Part shown: positions 48,804 to 62,260 of the stretch, in pieces | How the letters are laid out: every line of letters starts with the position of its first letter | How positions within the stretch are numbered: the stretch's first letter is position 1 | Source: Podarcis gaigeae | Lineage: Eukaryota | Assembly (NCBI GenBank): GCA_964106915.2 | Contig: OZ066918.1 | Reading direction: 5' to 3' (one strand) | Length of the DNA stretch: 64,000 bases | Notes under the pieces: model-generated | What the model was told of the DNA's origin: nothing | Seen by the model: the letters and a program-made list of their open reading frames with translations, nothing else | The model's database searches: none | Translations under genes and position numbers: made by a program

Positions 48804-51149
48804 CTGAAAGATACATTACTGCATGTAATTGTGGAAACCAAACTGGTTAAAACAGATGTCAGGGGTCACAAAAGAAAAAAATTGTGATCAGAATGTGCCA
48901 TGGGGTCTTGACCATGGTGTGCCTTTGAAACTCAGCATGAGTTCAGAGCACAAGCTATAACCTTTCAAAAAACAAATTATTACAACTTTTATCTGTATTA
49001 GGTGAGTGAACAATTTCCCAGATAGTTTCTATATTTGACAGGGTCAGCCTGAAGTTACAAGATTAAAACAAACAAAAAAATCAAAGTCATTTCAACTATT
49101 AAAAAATAGATTCTGAAATGTAGTTATGCTAAGTTGTGACAGCAAGCCAGTTCTTCAAATGTCAACAGCATCATCGCTGTCAGGGAATATCTGACCTCAA
49201 TGAATTGACCAGTCAATTGACATTATTTGACCAGTCAACTGGCAAGCATCCAAACTCTAATAATAAGTAAATAAGGAAAAAAAGAATATGGGGCCATGAC
49301 ACACTAAAGGTATGTTAGGTATCTTTACCATTCACTGATTTATTTATTTGCAATTGGTGGCCTGAAAATACATTTTAATAACAGCATTTCATTAGAAGAG
49401 ATAATACTTTTCCAAATTAAACAAACTCTGCTATCTGCCCAAGGACTTGTGTAACTATTCTGAAAAGAGTACACTCCCAAACTATTTTCTAAATATTGTA
49501 TTTTAGATCAGTCATTGCTGGTACTTTGATAATCTAAAGGCATTAGCAGAGGTTTCCTTCTCTCTCTCTCTCTCCCCAAGAGCTGCCCAATAAATGGAAT
49601 AGGTTAATGTCCTGCAGTAACCTTCTCTACAGGGGAGAGGACTAATCGTCCCACATGTCAGCTGAGTCTCAGCTTATTTTCCTCACCCAATCAAAAGACA
49701 GCAAATGAACTACTACTACTACCAGTTTATGAGGGCTGCTTTTTATCTTTTGCTCATCAATTTCATGTCCAGAAAGGAAGTTAAATTCAGCTTTCCAAGA
49801 GGAATTTGACCTACTAATGCAGGGCACAGAAAGAGCTGAAACATCTTGAAGGGGTCAATACAGACAGAATATGATTAATTAAATAATAAGTTATTACATT
49901 TTTTACCAATCAGTGAAAGTTGGATTATAATGTAGATTTGCATAGAATTTATATTTCATTTCATAATGCAAAAAAATACTAATTTTGATATTGGTGGTGA
50001 AATCTAATTGACATGTACATTTTACCAAGCTATGCAATCCTACTCAGAAGTCAGCCTCACTGAGCTCAAAAGGACTAACTTCCTGGCATGGGGAACTCCT
50101 GGTGTTGTTGGAGATCCTACAATGCCCCACCTACATTGGCCAATGGTCAGAGATGATGGGAGCTGTAGCCCAAAGGTATATAAAGAACCACTTTCCAAAT
50201 CCCTGGTGTATAGCACTGCAGCCATTAAGCACCAAACTATCTGTCTGTCTGTCTATATCTATCATCAAAATGCCATAAAAGGTGCACAATTTATCAGAAC
50301 AGTGACAGAAGGTGTACTTGATCCTTTCCCAGTAAGCCATAAAAAACCAATCACTTCTACCAGCTGCTTTCCTACTTGGGGGTAAGGAAAGTGGGTGGCA
50401 TTAGGAAGCAGTGCTGGGGGTGCGGTTTTTACCAGTAATTAAATGTACACCTTCTCATGGTTGTATTTCCCTGTGTTCTGAACACAGTGCTTGAAAACTG
50501 TTTACTTGTCACCTGTGCATCTAAATGGTTGGGCCATACAAGTTATTTTAACAGTTTAATAGTTTGCTCTCAACTAAAGGCCATGGACTTTCACCCTTAA
50601 AAGGTGGAGGTACTTATCAAATTCTGTGCACTATGCAATAAGCAACCAAGTCTTTCTTCCTGGTGTTGCTCAGTTTTTCTCATGCCATCTGACGCAAAGA
50701 AAAATCTAGCTAAATGTGGGAGACCATTATAACTGTTACTTAGCAATGGAAAATACAGTGAAAGAGAATCTGCCCACACAACTTCTTAACTAATGCAGGA
50801 AAACTCAAATAAAAAATAAAATGTGGAGAACAGGTCCTTCGGAATGCTTAGCTCTAAATTTGAACACTCTTCCCCAAACTATAAAACCTAATTTAGCTCA
50901 AAGCAGGTTTTCTAATATGCATATGTTTATATTTAGTCGCTGAGAAAGGATGTTCTTTCAGTTAAATGGAACACTAATTAAAAAGTGAAGGCAACATTTC
51001 AACGGATAAGAGTTTAATCCTCTAAGGTACTTAACTAAGATTTTCACACACAATTCAGCATGCTACAACTCACAAAAATGCTATTATGCCATTTCATGTC
51101 AGAAGACAGCACAAGAGGGAAGGGATTGACTTTTATTATTTTAATAAAT

Positions 51150-51590
51150 ATTACTGTAACATAGGGCTGCCTTTGAATAGCACTCAGAAACTTCAACTGG
51201 CTCAAAGGCCTGCGGTCAGATTGCTGACCAGGGCTGGTTACAGGGCATATATTTTGACTCCCTTGTCAGAAGAGCTCCACTGGCTACCAGGCACTTTCCA
51301 GGTACAATTCAAAGTCCTGGTTATGACCTATAAAGCCCTACACAGCTTAGGTGCAATCTATCTGGAAGACCGTATGAACCTGCCCGGGTTTTGAGATCTT
51401 CAGGAGAGGCCCTTCTCCTGGTCCCACCACCCTTACAACCATGCTTGGTGGGGACACAGGAGAGGGCCTCCTTGGTGGCTGCTCCCAGACTCTAGAACTC
51501 CCTTCCTAGAGAATCTAGACTGACTGCCTCCTTGCTGTCTTCCGCCAACAGATGAATACCTTGTTCCAAAAGGCTTTTGGGAACTGACTG
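51150..51590 (+). mobile_element. L2-type LINE 3' fragment
   Basis: GLPLNSTQKLQLAQ..LHWLP..QFKVLVMTYKALH; boundaries approximate. Confidence 0.75.
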
Positions 51591-54500
51591 CTTTTAATGG
51601 AAGAGCTTGTGCCATGCTGCTTTTATTGTAAATACTGGTATGTTTTAAGCAGATTTTATATATGTATATAGTTTGATTCTATTAATGTTTTGTTGTTTTT
51701 TTCTATGTTTTTAGTGATTCTTGTCTTTACATGTAAGCCCTCAAAGAAAAAGGAGGGCTATAAATAAATATATAATATTAGTAAGATGAAAAAGGCTTTC
51801 CCCCCACACACCCCACCCCCCAAAAAATTTAGGCTGCTGAAACCCAAAGCTTTGGAGTGAAGCTGGGAATTGAATTTTGGATGAAAAGACTGTGAGCTCA
51901 GTACTGAAAACTGGTTTCTAGGCCGAGTATGAAATTAATTCCTTACTTCCAAGTATATACCTGCCCTCCAACCCCTCATGCCACTGTTTTGCAGTTGGCT
52001 CTGGTCGATAAACCTTGGGGTTCTTGTAAAAACAAAGCAAAGCTCGGAAGCTTGAAGTCTGCCACGCCTGCCCTCTTTCAAATGAGTAAGAATAATGTGG
52101 CATGGTGGACACACAAGTACTAGATACAATACTCCTGGTACTATCACAATTAGGCTACAATATTTAAATCAGTTAATTGGTTTAAAATGTTAATGGGATA
52201 AAAAGGTGCTCTGATTAAGTGGGCAGATCTTTTTGTCAGATCTATATAGTAAGGTATATAGGGTATTTGGAGTGAGCTCTAAAAGTGCAGTATCAGTCCA
52301 GGCAGAGAAGCAGTGAAGCCAGGACTCAATGTGAACCAAGTGTGCTCTCTCAAACATGTCCCAAAATTCTGCAGATTACAGGAGGAGCTCCATGGCAAAC
52401 CAGTCAAAGTGAGAACTGTTGTGGTTATTTAATAATGTACATAGTAGCAGTAGGTTGTTAACACTGCACAAAATACAACTTTCAAAGAAAATGTATCAGT
52501 TCCATTTGTGTTATCCACAAATATTTGTCCACACATTTGGGTTAGCTGGTGTATCAGTATTTTCCTAATCAATGTCTAGACTTATACTAAATGAAATACT
52601 CATAAATACACATACATCAATCCACCCCGACTTGTAACCTGTGCCATGCGTTACTGGGCATAGACTAAAGAGAAAAGCACTTTAAAGGTAGCCTAAGTCT
52701 TGACTGCAACACTCTAAACTCTACACCAAGGAAGGAGATGCTTTGGATAAATCAAGTTAAAGCTAACTAAATAAGGCTCCAGTATTGCGTCATTTAAAAT
52801 CAATGTGACTTACACACTTTGAAATAAATATTGGATGTTGGGAGTGAAAGATGACTAACAAAAGCTGACAGCGACTTCCACCTGAGGCAGGATAGGAAGC
52901 CCTAAGAGTGACCAGAACCTCAAACAACAGCATAACTCCACTTGGTAAATGTTAGGATTTCATATTCCTTCTGGTATATCAGGTTTTTCCCCTCTTGTGA
53001 GAGGAGCAAACAGAGTAATGAGTAAATAAAGAAGCTTTGTACTAAAACTTTGAGCTGTTTTGTATTTTAACCAATTATACTGAAATACATTTACAAACAA
53101 AATTTAAAAAACAGCAGGGAACAGCCTGTACAGGCTATACATAGACAAATGCTCATCTTCACAATTCTTTTAAGCAGGTAAGAACTGCCATGTTAAATTA
53201 TTCAACAATAAAGCTAATTATATTTGCCAACAGGTGTGTTCTCAATTGAAGAATAAGAAGAACTTTCATTTCCTTCAGGATCTTTGGTATCTTTAGTTTG
53301 CTGAGTATAAGAACTAACCAATATCCAATGTGTTCCGGCTATTGTGGTTTGCAGATATACCATTAAGCATGAACAAGCTTCCCTATGTATTTCCTATCTT
53401 CGGAAAGTGATATAGTTGATCTCTTTGACATCTATTCTACAGGGCGGACGCCACTACCAAGATGGCCTTCTGTCTGGTTCCCTGTAACTTCGCTTCTCGC
53501 AGTAAGGGAACTATCAGAAGGCCCTTGGAGCTGGACCTCCATGTCCGGGCCGAGTGATGGGGGTGGAGATGTTCCTTCAGTCTACAAGGACTACAAACTA
53601 ATAATACTGTGGAGTGGTAGTGGTACTGATTGATGTTGGGATTATGGGAAGGATTAAACTTCCCCTCCCTATGGCTGAGATGAAAATCACACAAACTTTT
53701 TTTAAAATAAATGGAAGTTTCTAATATTGCATTAAGTGTCACAAGTGTTTGACCCTTAGTCAAACCTATGGGAAATCTATGGCTTTCCAGATGTTGTTGG
53801 ACTTCAACTGTCATCAGCCAAAGTACTGTCAATGGCTAGGGATGATGAGTTTTATTCTTGCAACATCTGGAGGCCAAAGATTCCCCATCCCTAAGCAGTA
53901 GATAGCCTCATATGTACACACCAATATATACTCTCTTAACGACTGGTCACTGATTCTATATCATTTCTCATCAACATCTATATTGGTTCCCACCCTACCC
54001 TATAATCTTGTGGCAAGTTTGGTCAGCTTAGTCACTGGTTATGGTCAATGGCTTGGTCATAGTATGTTACTGTGATAGGTTTCCCAGACAGACACCTGCT
54101 GCGCGAGTGAGGGAAAAAAGGACTGAGTACAGAGCAGGGAAATCCTGGAAGTCTAGCTGGAAAACTTTGCTAAAATGGAAATCTGATGGGAAATTAGCAG
54201 GCGTTTTATCTGCTTGCAGGTGCATAGCTGACTTCACTATTTGTGTACCTCGGTTTTCAAACGTAATCCGTTCTGGAAGACCTTTTGACTTCCAAAACGT
54301 TTGAAAACTGAGGTACAAAGGGCAGCCTGCCAATTCAAGAAAGAAAATAATAATAATACCTTTATTGTCAATGTACAACCTTTGTACAATGAAATTAACC
54401 GCGCCACTGCCCAATGACTCCGTTAACAGAGGACAAAAAGGCATAACTTTTCCCACCATTAGACGTCAGTGTTTGATTTCTAATGAGAGGCATTTGGGCT

Positions 54501-55189
54501 CAATCCTGTATTAAAGGAAGACATGGCTGAGTCACAAGTTCCCACCTGTCTAAGACTGTGCTGCACAAGTACCTCACCATATATTCAGAGTTACTCTCTC
54601 CATCATTATTCAGACCTGAGTTGAGCTTCGGATCCTAGATCAAGATTCTGGGCACTTTCATTCCGACATTTGCAGCCTTGCTCCCCTTTCAACAGCCTCA
54701 ACCACAAACACAAACAAACAAACAAACACACCCCTTCTCCATATTTAGGGTGAACACCCTCCGGGGTCCGTTTCTTTGAGCTGTAAGCCACTTTGGGTCG
54801 CCCCTGGGCAAGATAAAAGCGCCTAATAAACTGAATAAAGTGTATCCCTCGCCCACGCCCTCCAGGGGCTGGTTGAGTTGGAAGCCACTCTGGGTCGCCA
54901 CCGGCAACATAAAAGAGCCCAATGAATCGGATACATAAATCGTAATTAAAATAACCACTCCGTACGTCCGGTGCAAAAAAAAGCAAACATTGCATTAAGC
55001 TACGGGATGCAGCTCACGGCCGCTCCTTCGTTCTTTAATTTAAAAAAAGCTTTTGTTGCGATTATTGCAATTACCAGGTTGTTCTCCCTGCTCTTACGAC
55101 TGGCTATTACTGCCTCCAAAGCTCAATGTTTCGTTTATAATAATAATATTATTATAAAATATGAATTACAAAATAATAATTGCAAAAGA

Positions 55190-55780
55190 AAAGCCCCGCA
55201 ATGAGGGGAATGAGGCCGTGAGACTAGCGGTGAGCAGGCGCGCCTCCTTCGCTCGTACCCAGCGACCCGCCTCCGACGAGGACGGCTCCGGTCAGGGCTC
55301 CGGCCGAGGCCCCGCACACCTGGCGGGCGTCGCGGATGAGGTGCGGGGCTCTCTCCTGCAGGCAGCTGGCCGCGCCGACGTGGTAGACGCCCAGGAACCC
55401 GCAGCCGGCGAACGACACGCTCCAGCCGCCGCCGCCGCCCTCGCCCGGCATCCCGGCGGCCGCCTTCCCGTCCCGACCCGGCGCGGCTGAGGAGGCGGCC
55501 AGGAGCCGCGCACGCGCACGGGCGCAAGGGAAGCGGCGGCGAGATCTCCGGGTCGGGCGCTTGGCTGATAAAGAAGGCCGGCGGCAGAGGGAGCGCCGCC
55601 ACGAACGTGGCCCGAGGGGCGCCGGCCAATGGGAGGCCATATGCAAAAGAGAGAGGGGCGGAGGGAGGCCGGGGGCGGGGCCTCCTGTCCTGCTTGGCTC
55701 GCTCGCTCGCTCGCTCGCTCTCTAAGTTGGTGGGTCTTGGAGAGCTTCCAGCGGGGCGCCGGGTCGGCTGAGGTCTCCAT
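55190..55780. promoter_or_regulatory. CpG island / PNPLA3 promoter
   Basis: CpG-rich; CCAAT at 55626-55630; GC box GGGGGCGGGGCC at 55671-55682. Confidence 0.85.
55259..55451 (-). CDS. PNPLA3: patatin-like phospholipase (PNPLA3 by synteny) exon 1
   Basis: [26 protein letters not shown]...GASAG (oxyanion GCGFLG and nucleophile Ser); 193 nt; nine exons total 1518 nt = 505 aa; upstream of SAMM50 as human PNPLA3. Confidence 0.92.
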
Positions 55781-55891
55781 CTCTGGATCTATTGAGGATG
55801 GAGGGGTTGGAAAGGGACCTTCCGCGTTGGGCACAGGCTGGAAAGTGCATGCTGCGGGGGAATTTACACAGGTAAAGGGAATTTATATAGG

Positions 55892-56252
55892 AAAAGGTAA
55901 AGGGACCCCTGACCATTAGGTCCAGTCGTGACCGACTCTGGGGTTGTGCGCTTATCTCGCGTTATAGACCAAGGGAGCCGCCATTTGTCCGCAGACAGCT
56001 TCTGGGTCATGTGGCCAGCAGGACTAAGCCGCTTCTGGCGAACCAGAGCAGCGCACGGAAACGCCCTTTACCTTCCCGCCAGAGTGGTACCTATTTATCT
56101 ACATGCACTTTGACGTGCCTTTGAACTGCTAGGTTGGCAGGAGCTGGGACCGAACAACAGGAGCTCACCCCGTCGCGGGGATTCAAACTGCTGACCTTCT
56201 GATTGGCAAGCCCTAGTCTCTGTGGTTTAACCCACAATGCCACCCGCATCCC
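55892..56252 (+). mobile_element. Sauria SINE
   Basis: AAAGGTAAAGGGACCCCTGACCATTAGGTCCAGTC head. Confidence 0.9.
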
Positions 56253-56309
56253 TTACCAAATATATACATATATATGTGTGTGTGTATCTCCTTGCTTCAT
56301 TTCACTTCC

Positions 56310-56310
<1 letters not shown>

Positions 56311-56344
<34 letters not shown>

Positions 56345-56858
56345 TTTATTATTTATACCCCGCCCATCTGGCTGAGTTTTCCCAGCCACTCTGGGCGGCT
56401 CCCAATCGAGTGTTAAAAACAATACAGCATTAAATATTAAAAACTTCCCTAAACAGGGCTGCCTTCAGATGTCTTTTAAAGATAAGATAGCTGCTTATTT
56501 CCTTGACATCTGATGGGCGGGCATTCCACAGGGCGGGCGTCACCACCGAGAAGACCCTCTGTCTGGTTCCCTGTAACCTCATTTCTCGCAATGAGGGAAC
56601 CGCCAGAAGACCCTTGGAGCTCGACCTCAGTGTCTGGGCAGAACGATGGGGATGGAGATGCTCCTTCAGATATACTGGGCCGAGGCTGTTTAGGGCTTTA
56701 AAGATCAGCACCAACACTTTGAATTGTGCTCAGAAACGTTCTGGGAGCCACTGCAGATCTCTCAGGACCAGTGTTATGTGGTCCTAGTGGCCACTCCCAG
56801 TCACCAGTCTAGCTGCTGCATTCTGGATTAATTGCAGTTTCCGGGTCACCTTCGAAGG
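56311..56858 (-). mobile_element. L2-type LINE 3' end with (TTA)n tail
   Basis: LVLIFKALNSLGPVYLKEHL..LWNA.PSDVK..FKRHLKAALF; (AAT)n at 56311-56341. Confidence 0.85.
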
Positions 56859-57759
56859 TTATTATTATTTGCATCTGTCCATTTGTTGTTCTTGCCCCCC
56901 CCCCCCGTCTGTCTCCAGAGACACTGGTGCAGTGCACCTTCGGGGGTGAAGTCAAACCATTACCGTACAGAGTTACAGCGCCTGCTGTGGTTGCAGAGAC
57001 CGATAAGGGAGGTACATGTTTCATTGCAGTTGGGGCAGATGAAGGGGGGCAATCTTTTGTTAGGGAGAGCAGAAACTGAAATTTGCATTGATTTGTTTTG
57101 ATGGGGGGCAATTGCCCCCCACCTGCCCCCTGGCTAAGCCCTGGTTGTGCTGCTGCAGATACCCCCTCTGTGCTCCTCCCGGCAGCCATTCCCTTCTTTG
57201 GCCAGGCTGACTTGGGCTGACAGGAGTCCAACAACACCTGGGGGAGGGTTGCAGCCAACTTGAACTGGGAATGTGATCGTGGCACATATGTGGAGCAGGG
57301 AAAGGCATGGCTATGCCAAAAAGGGTTGATGGTCAGCACCTGGAAAGCACCTTTCTTTGCAAGCCACATGGATCAGCTGGTTCACAGGTTTTATGGCACA
57401 CTGTGCAGTAGACTCACTGATGGCATTGTGATGTGAAGCAAGTGACAAGTGGAGGTGGGTTGGCTTGGGCCCACCCTGCCCACCTGTCAAATGCCTGCTT
57501 GTCACACCTAACCCAGGGGGGGGGGCAGGCAGAAGGGTTTGGCCAGGCAGCTGAACCCAGTTCCTTGCCACCACCTTGCATGTGCAATATCAATTTTTAG
57601 CAGCATTGGAGGACAGCCAAGCAGCAAGGTTTCAAACAGAAATCATATTGCACCACCTCCTGAAAACAACCTGCAGGAAACATTGGAACCACTGTGACAG
57701 AGTGCTTGCAATTCTTAAACCCTCATGTGACACACCTATAAGTAATTGCCTCTTTATAT

Positions 57760-58000
57760 AAACACTCCTATAATTTATGCTTTGAGGGCTACTGTGCAAT
57801 ATTCTTTAGATAATCACCACCAAGTTTAATGTGCATATGTAAATATTCCATTCCTATAACAATCTTTTGAAAATGACTGCGCAAACACTCCTATAATTTA
57901 TGCTTTGAGGGTTACTGTGCAATATTCTTTAGATAATCACCACCAGGTTTTATGTGCATATGTAAATATTCCTACAAAAATATTTTGAAGATGACTGCGC
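57760..58000. repeat. tandem duplication, two diverged units of about 120 bp
   Basis: AAACACTCCTATAATTTATGCTTTGAGGG...ATGACTGCGC at 57760-57882 and 57883-58000. Confidence 0.9.
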
Positions 58001-61000
58001 AACATGCCCTTCCAAATATTGTTAAATTGCAGCTCCCATAATCCTTTCAATTAATCATTGCATTGAGATTTTGCGCAACACACATGCAACCTACTCCAGG
58101 ATGTCTCAGTGTCTTCCTTTAATGAACTTTCTCCCATTTCCAGGTGGTGTGGACACTGATTACTACTGATTACTACTATGATGCAAGCAAAAAGAGCTTC
58201 CAAACCTCACTGCAGCCAAACCTCACTTTCTTATTCAGCCCACAGGAACTCACCTTGATTCGGTGGGATGGACATATGAATGAATCCTAGTGACAACTCT
58301 GAAATATTTTTCTCTGGCCCAGTTCAAGATGGGATCCTTTTCAGTTCTATACAGACAGCAGGAGTGTGATTCAGATCCCACTGGTATGGAGTAGCCACTG
58401 ACCACTGAAGACCATTAACAAGAACTCTGTTGTCCAACAAGATAAAAGGAATAGGGTCATTTTGCATAACAAAATGACAAATTAGCAACAAAAGGTAATT
58501 CTGAGACAGCAGGGATATGTTGGTGGTAGGAGAAAGGGAAACAGAACTCAACACAGAGACCACAGCAGCCTGGTATGTAAAAGGTTTTTATGCTACATGT
58601 AAGTGGGGAAGTGAATGGCTTAGGATTTTGCTCATTAAGACTGTGTCTGAAAAAAATGCACATGAAGACTACAAGATTTCCACCCCACTGCCTGACCCAT
58701 CAGAGATTTTAGATAGGCCACACTTCTCACTAAACTCTGCCATACCAGAGGTTTTCTTTCATGAAACCAAGTGATGTCAGTGATTTAATTGGTATTTCCA
58801 AGTAAAGATTGCAATGTGGGATTGTTTCGCTTGTACCCTTGGCCTCCCTCCTTTATAAAGTAAAGATGCAAGCTTGGTATCGGCTCATTTGAAACTAATA
58901 GGATTTACTTCCAATGAATTTGTTATTTACAAAATGTAAATAATAGGAAGCCTTCCTGATCAGTCCTGGGGAAACTGTCAGTCCTGCCTTTAGCACTGAC
59001 CAGTGGTAGGTCTACTAGTCAAGGCAGCATTCCTTTTAAGCTCTGCCACCAAGAATCTCTGTTTGGGATATTATTACTGGTACTAAACAACACTCCGTCT
59101 CTCTTCTCTTTGGCCTCAAACACAACCATGATTTGGCATTTCCACATCCAGGAATAATGTTTCAAAAGTTTTATGAGGAAGTAATTAATAGTATCTGTCC
59201 AAGTCAAAACAGCAGCTGAAAGAACCCATCTTGACTGGCTGGAATTCAGGCAAAGGTACAAAGTGGTTTATTACCAAAGGGTTTGCTCACAAACCAGGTA
59301 GTCCCCTCTGCCAGAGGATGGTTCCAGACAAGGGCTTAATATTGCAAGCAGTGACAGAAAGATTGCAAATGGGTAGTTAGCAACAGATTGTTTTTCACTT
59401 ACAAGATTTCCCCCAGAGAGAATAAATCAGGTGAGGGATATAGGTTGGCATTCTGATGACCACAAGATTGTGCGGATACTGCAAAAATCTTGCATGCATG
59501 AAAACCACTAATCCAGAATCAACATGCATCTCCAGGCAATAAGCACCATGGCAGGGAACTGCACTCTGGTGAGGTTCATGAGGGGTTGCCTAGGCCAGGT
59601 CATTTTCTGGGTTGGCATTCCCTCTCCTCCTATGACACCAGCTATACTTCCAGTTTGTCATTACTCCCTTGGCATCTTCGGGCTCAGACCTGGAATGGCA
59701 AACTATGGAGGGAAAGGGAGGCAGATGCAAGTCCCCCCCTCCCCGCAATCCCCTCTCGCCCTAGTGTGGAGGCAGGACTTCCTATTCCCACTTCTCCCAA
59801 AGGTAGAAAGCATTGTCAGAATCTGGGGAGGCCTCTGAGCATGGGGTGGCCAAGCAGGAGGGGGACAAAGGAGGGCTGGGGCTCTCTCCCAGCAGCGCCA
59901 CTTGAGGAGGGGCCAGATGCCCCTTGCAAGCCAGCTGCTCATGCTGGAATAGAGACTCTCACGAGTAAGGGTTGTGCCCACCTGCCCTTTGCAGCTTGGC
60001 AGGTGGGTGTGGTAAACCTAATGGGACAACTTACCACCTGTTGTACAGCCTTGAACATCTTAAAACTACCCCAAAGCCATGAAGCTTGGCTCTTGCTCCT
60101 AGACTGGGCCCAACCACATCAACTAGGGCTGGACAAAGCTATTTTGGCACCTGAGGCAAACCACAAATTGCCACTCCACGTGCCAGGGAAGAAGGGGTGA
60201 GTGAAGAGCTATATCAGGAATAAGGTGGGGAATAAAGATCTACATGGAGAAGTGAAGATCTACATTGGGAACAAGGTTGTAGAGGCGGCATGGAGGGAAC
60301 TGGCAAGGAGGGAGCAGATCTTGCCTCCAAGGAGTGCGCCACAGCCATTGCTGCCACTGTGGAACCAGCAACAGCAGTGGGTGATGCATTCCTGGGAGGC
60401 CAGATCTGCTGCCCCTGTAGATCCTGCCACCCAAGGTGGTTGCCTCATTTTGCCTCATTGGTGGGCCAGCCCTATTGTTAGGCCTTCACCTTGTTAGAGC
60501 TCTGGGACTGGATTAGCGCTCTGCTGCTGAGTCTGTACTGTTACTCTGCCTTAATAAAGATCCTTTCCTTGTCATGTTTTCGCACCGTTGCTGGCCTTCT
60601 GCTTAAAAAGTGCTTTGTTCAAGGGCTCTCTGTTTCTCTTATGTCCTTTATACTTATTCCATGTGCCAGTTTCTGCACGTGTTTATGTACCCATTCTTCA
60701 ATTCCTGTGTTGTCAATAGACACATTCAAACAGGGAAGTCAATGGGACTCCTTGTGCCAATATTGGCAACATCAGGAGTCTGGGTGGTTCTACAAAAACT
60801 CCCATTGTGATTAGAAATAACTTAGAGTTCTTACTGATAAACACATTGAGTTGGTAGATCATGTTTTTTGATTTGGTGCCAGATACTCATGGTTCATTTC
60901 TGTGTTCCCAAACAGATGAGGATTAATATTTCCTCAATGCATACATGATGAGCTCTGGAACAAAAGAAGCAATGTTTTGCAGCACACAGCCACATACAGG

Positions 61001-61273
61001 ACTGGCTCTCAATATAGTCCTGTCCGGGGTTTAACCAATTGCTGTGAATAAGCAGGACTTACAGCAATTTCAGGAAAAAACCAATGACTTTTAAATAGGT
61101 GTGGTTCAAAAGCAACAAATGCCCAGCAAAACAATAGATCACAACTGGAGCTGGTTCAACTGTTGCAATGAAAGTTGCTATTAATGACAAGTGAGTGACA
61201 TTTCTGTATCCTGTAGGGTAGAAAGTATTAATTGCTTTATTGGTCATTCAGTTAATTAGACCTTGGTCCTACG

Positions 61274-61415
61274 CAGTGCTTTTTTCCTGGGGGTACGCAG
61301 GGGTACGCATACCCCTAAACATTTTGTGAATCTAAGTTTGGCCTCATTGAGGGGCAATATTACAATATGCGTAGGAAAATGAGAGTACCCCTAAACATTT
61401 TTTAAAGAAAAAAAT
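61274..61415. mobile_element. small hAT-like MITE
   Basis: CAGTGCTTTTTTT left end, internal repeated TACCCCTAAACATTTT, A-rich right end. Confidence 0.5.
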
Positions 61416-61956
61416 CATGGTCCTAGGCATGTTTGTTGTAAGTTCTACTATGTTTACTGAAGCTTGTTCCTGAGCAAATATGCATTGGACTGTCATACAG
61501 TCATATAATTGGCAGGGGTCAGTTGGAAGAGAGTTGGAAGAGCTGATTTAATTTTGCTGCCTTACTAATAAAAGGGAATGGGAAATGACAACACCGCAAT
61601 ATTATTATTCATACCCAAATCTCTGAGTGGTGAGTGACTTCAGGGGTGCCGAGACATGCCTCAGCTTTTGTTTCTTTTGAACGAAGATCACTGGAGACAA
61701 TGGTGTTGGTGATATATAGTTTTATTTACACATCTATCCAGGCTGAGCCAGGGCCGGCCCAAGACATTTTGACACCTGAGGTGAACCACAGAATGGTGCC
61801 CTCCCCAGGGAAGAAGGGGTGAGTGAAGCTCTACATCAGAAACAAGGGAGGACAGAAAATATACATCAGAAACGAGCAGGGAATAAAGATCCACAGGCTC
61901 TGCATTCCTTGGGGGCTGGATCTGCTGCTCCTGTGAATCCTGCCATCTGAAGTGGT

Positions 61957-62260
61957 CATAGAATCATAGAATTATGGAAATGGAAGGGACCCCAAGGGTC
62001 ATCTAGTCCAACCCCCTACAATGCAGGAATCTCAGCTAAAGCATCCATGACAGATGGCCATCCAACCTCTGCTTAAAAACTTCCAAAGAGCTGTCAAACA
62101 GCTCTTTCAGTCAGAAAGCTATTCCTGATGTTTAGTTGGAATCTTTCTTGTAACTTGATGTCATTGGTTCGATTCCTGCCCTCCAGAGCAGGAGAAAACA
62201 AGCTTGTTCCCTCTCCAATATGACAGCCCTTGAGAGCCCTTGAAAAGGGCTCTCATATCT
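61957..62260 (-). mobile_element. CR1 3' fragment
   Basis: CATAGAATCATAGAA terminus then reverse CR1 3' UTR and ORF2 end. Confidence 0.8.

Noticed and set aside
59586-60200. 204-aa ORF upstream of PNPLA3 (PNPLA5 or SULT4A1 candidate)
   Set aside because: No patatin or sulfotransferase motifs; non-ATG start in GC-richer, probably repeat-derived DNA
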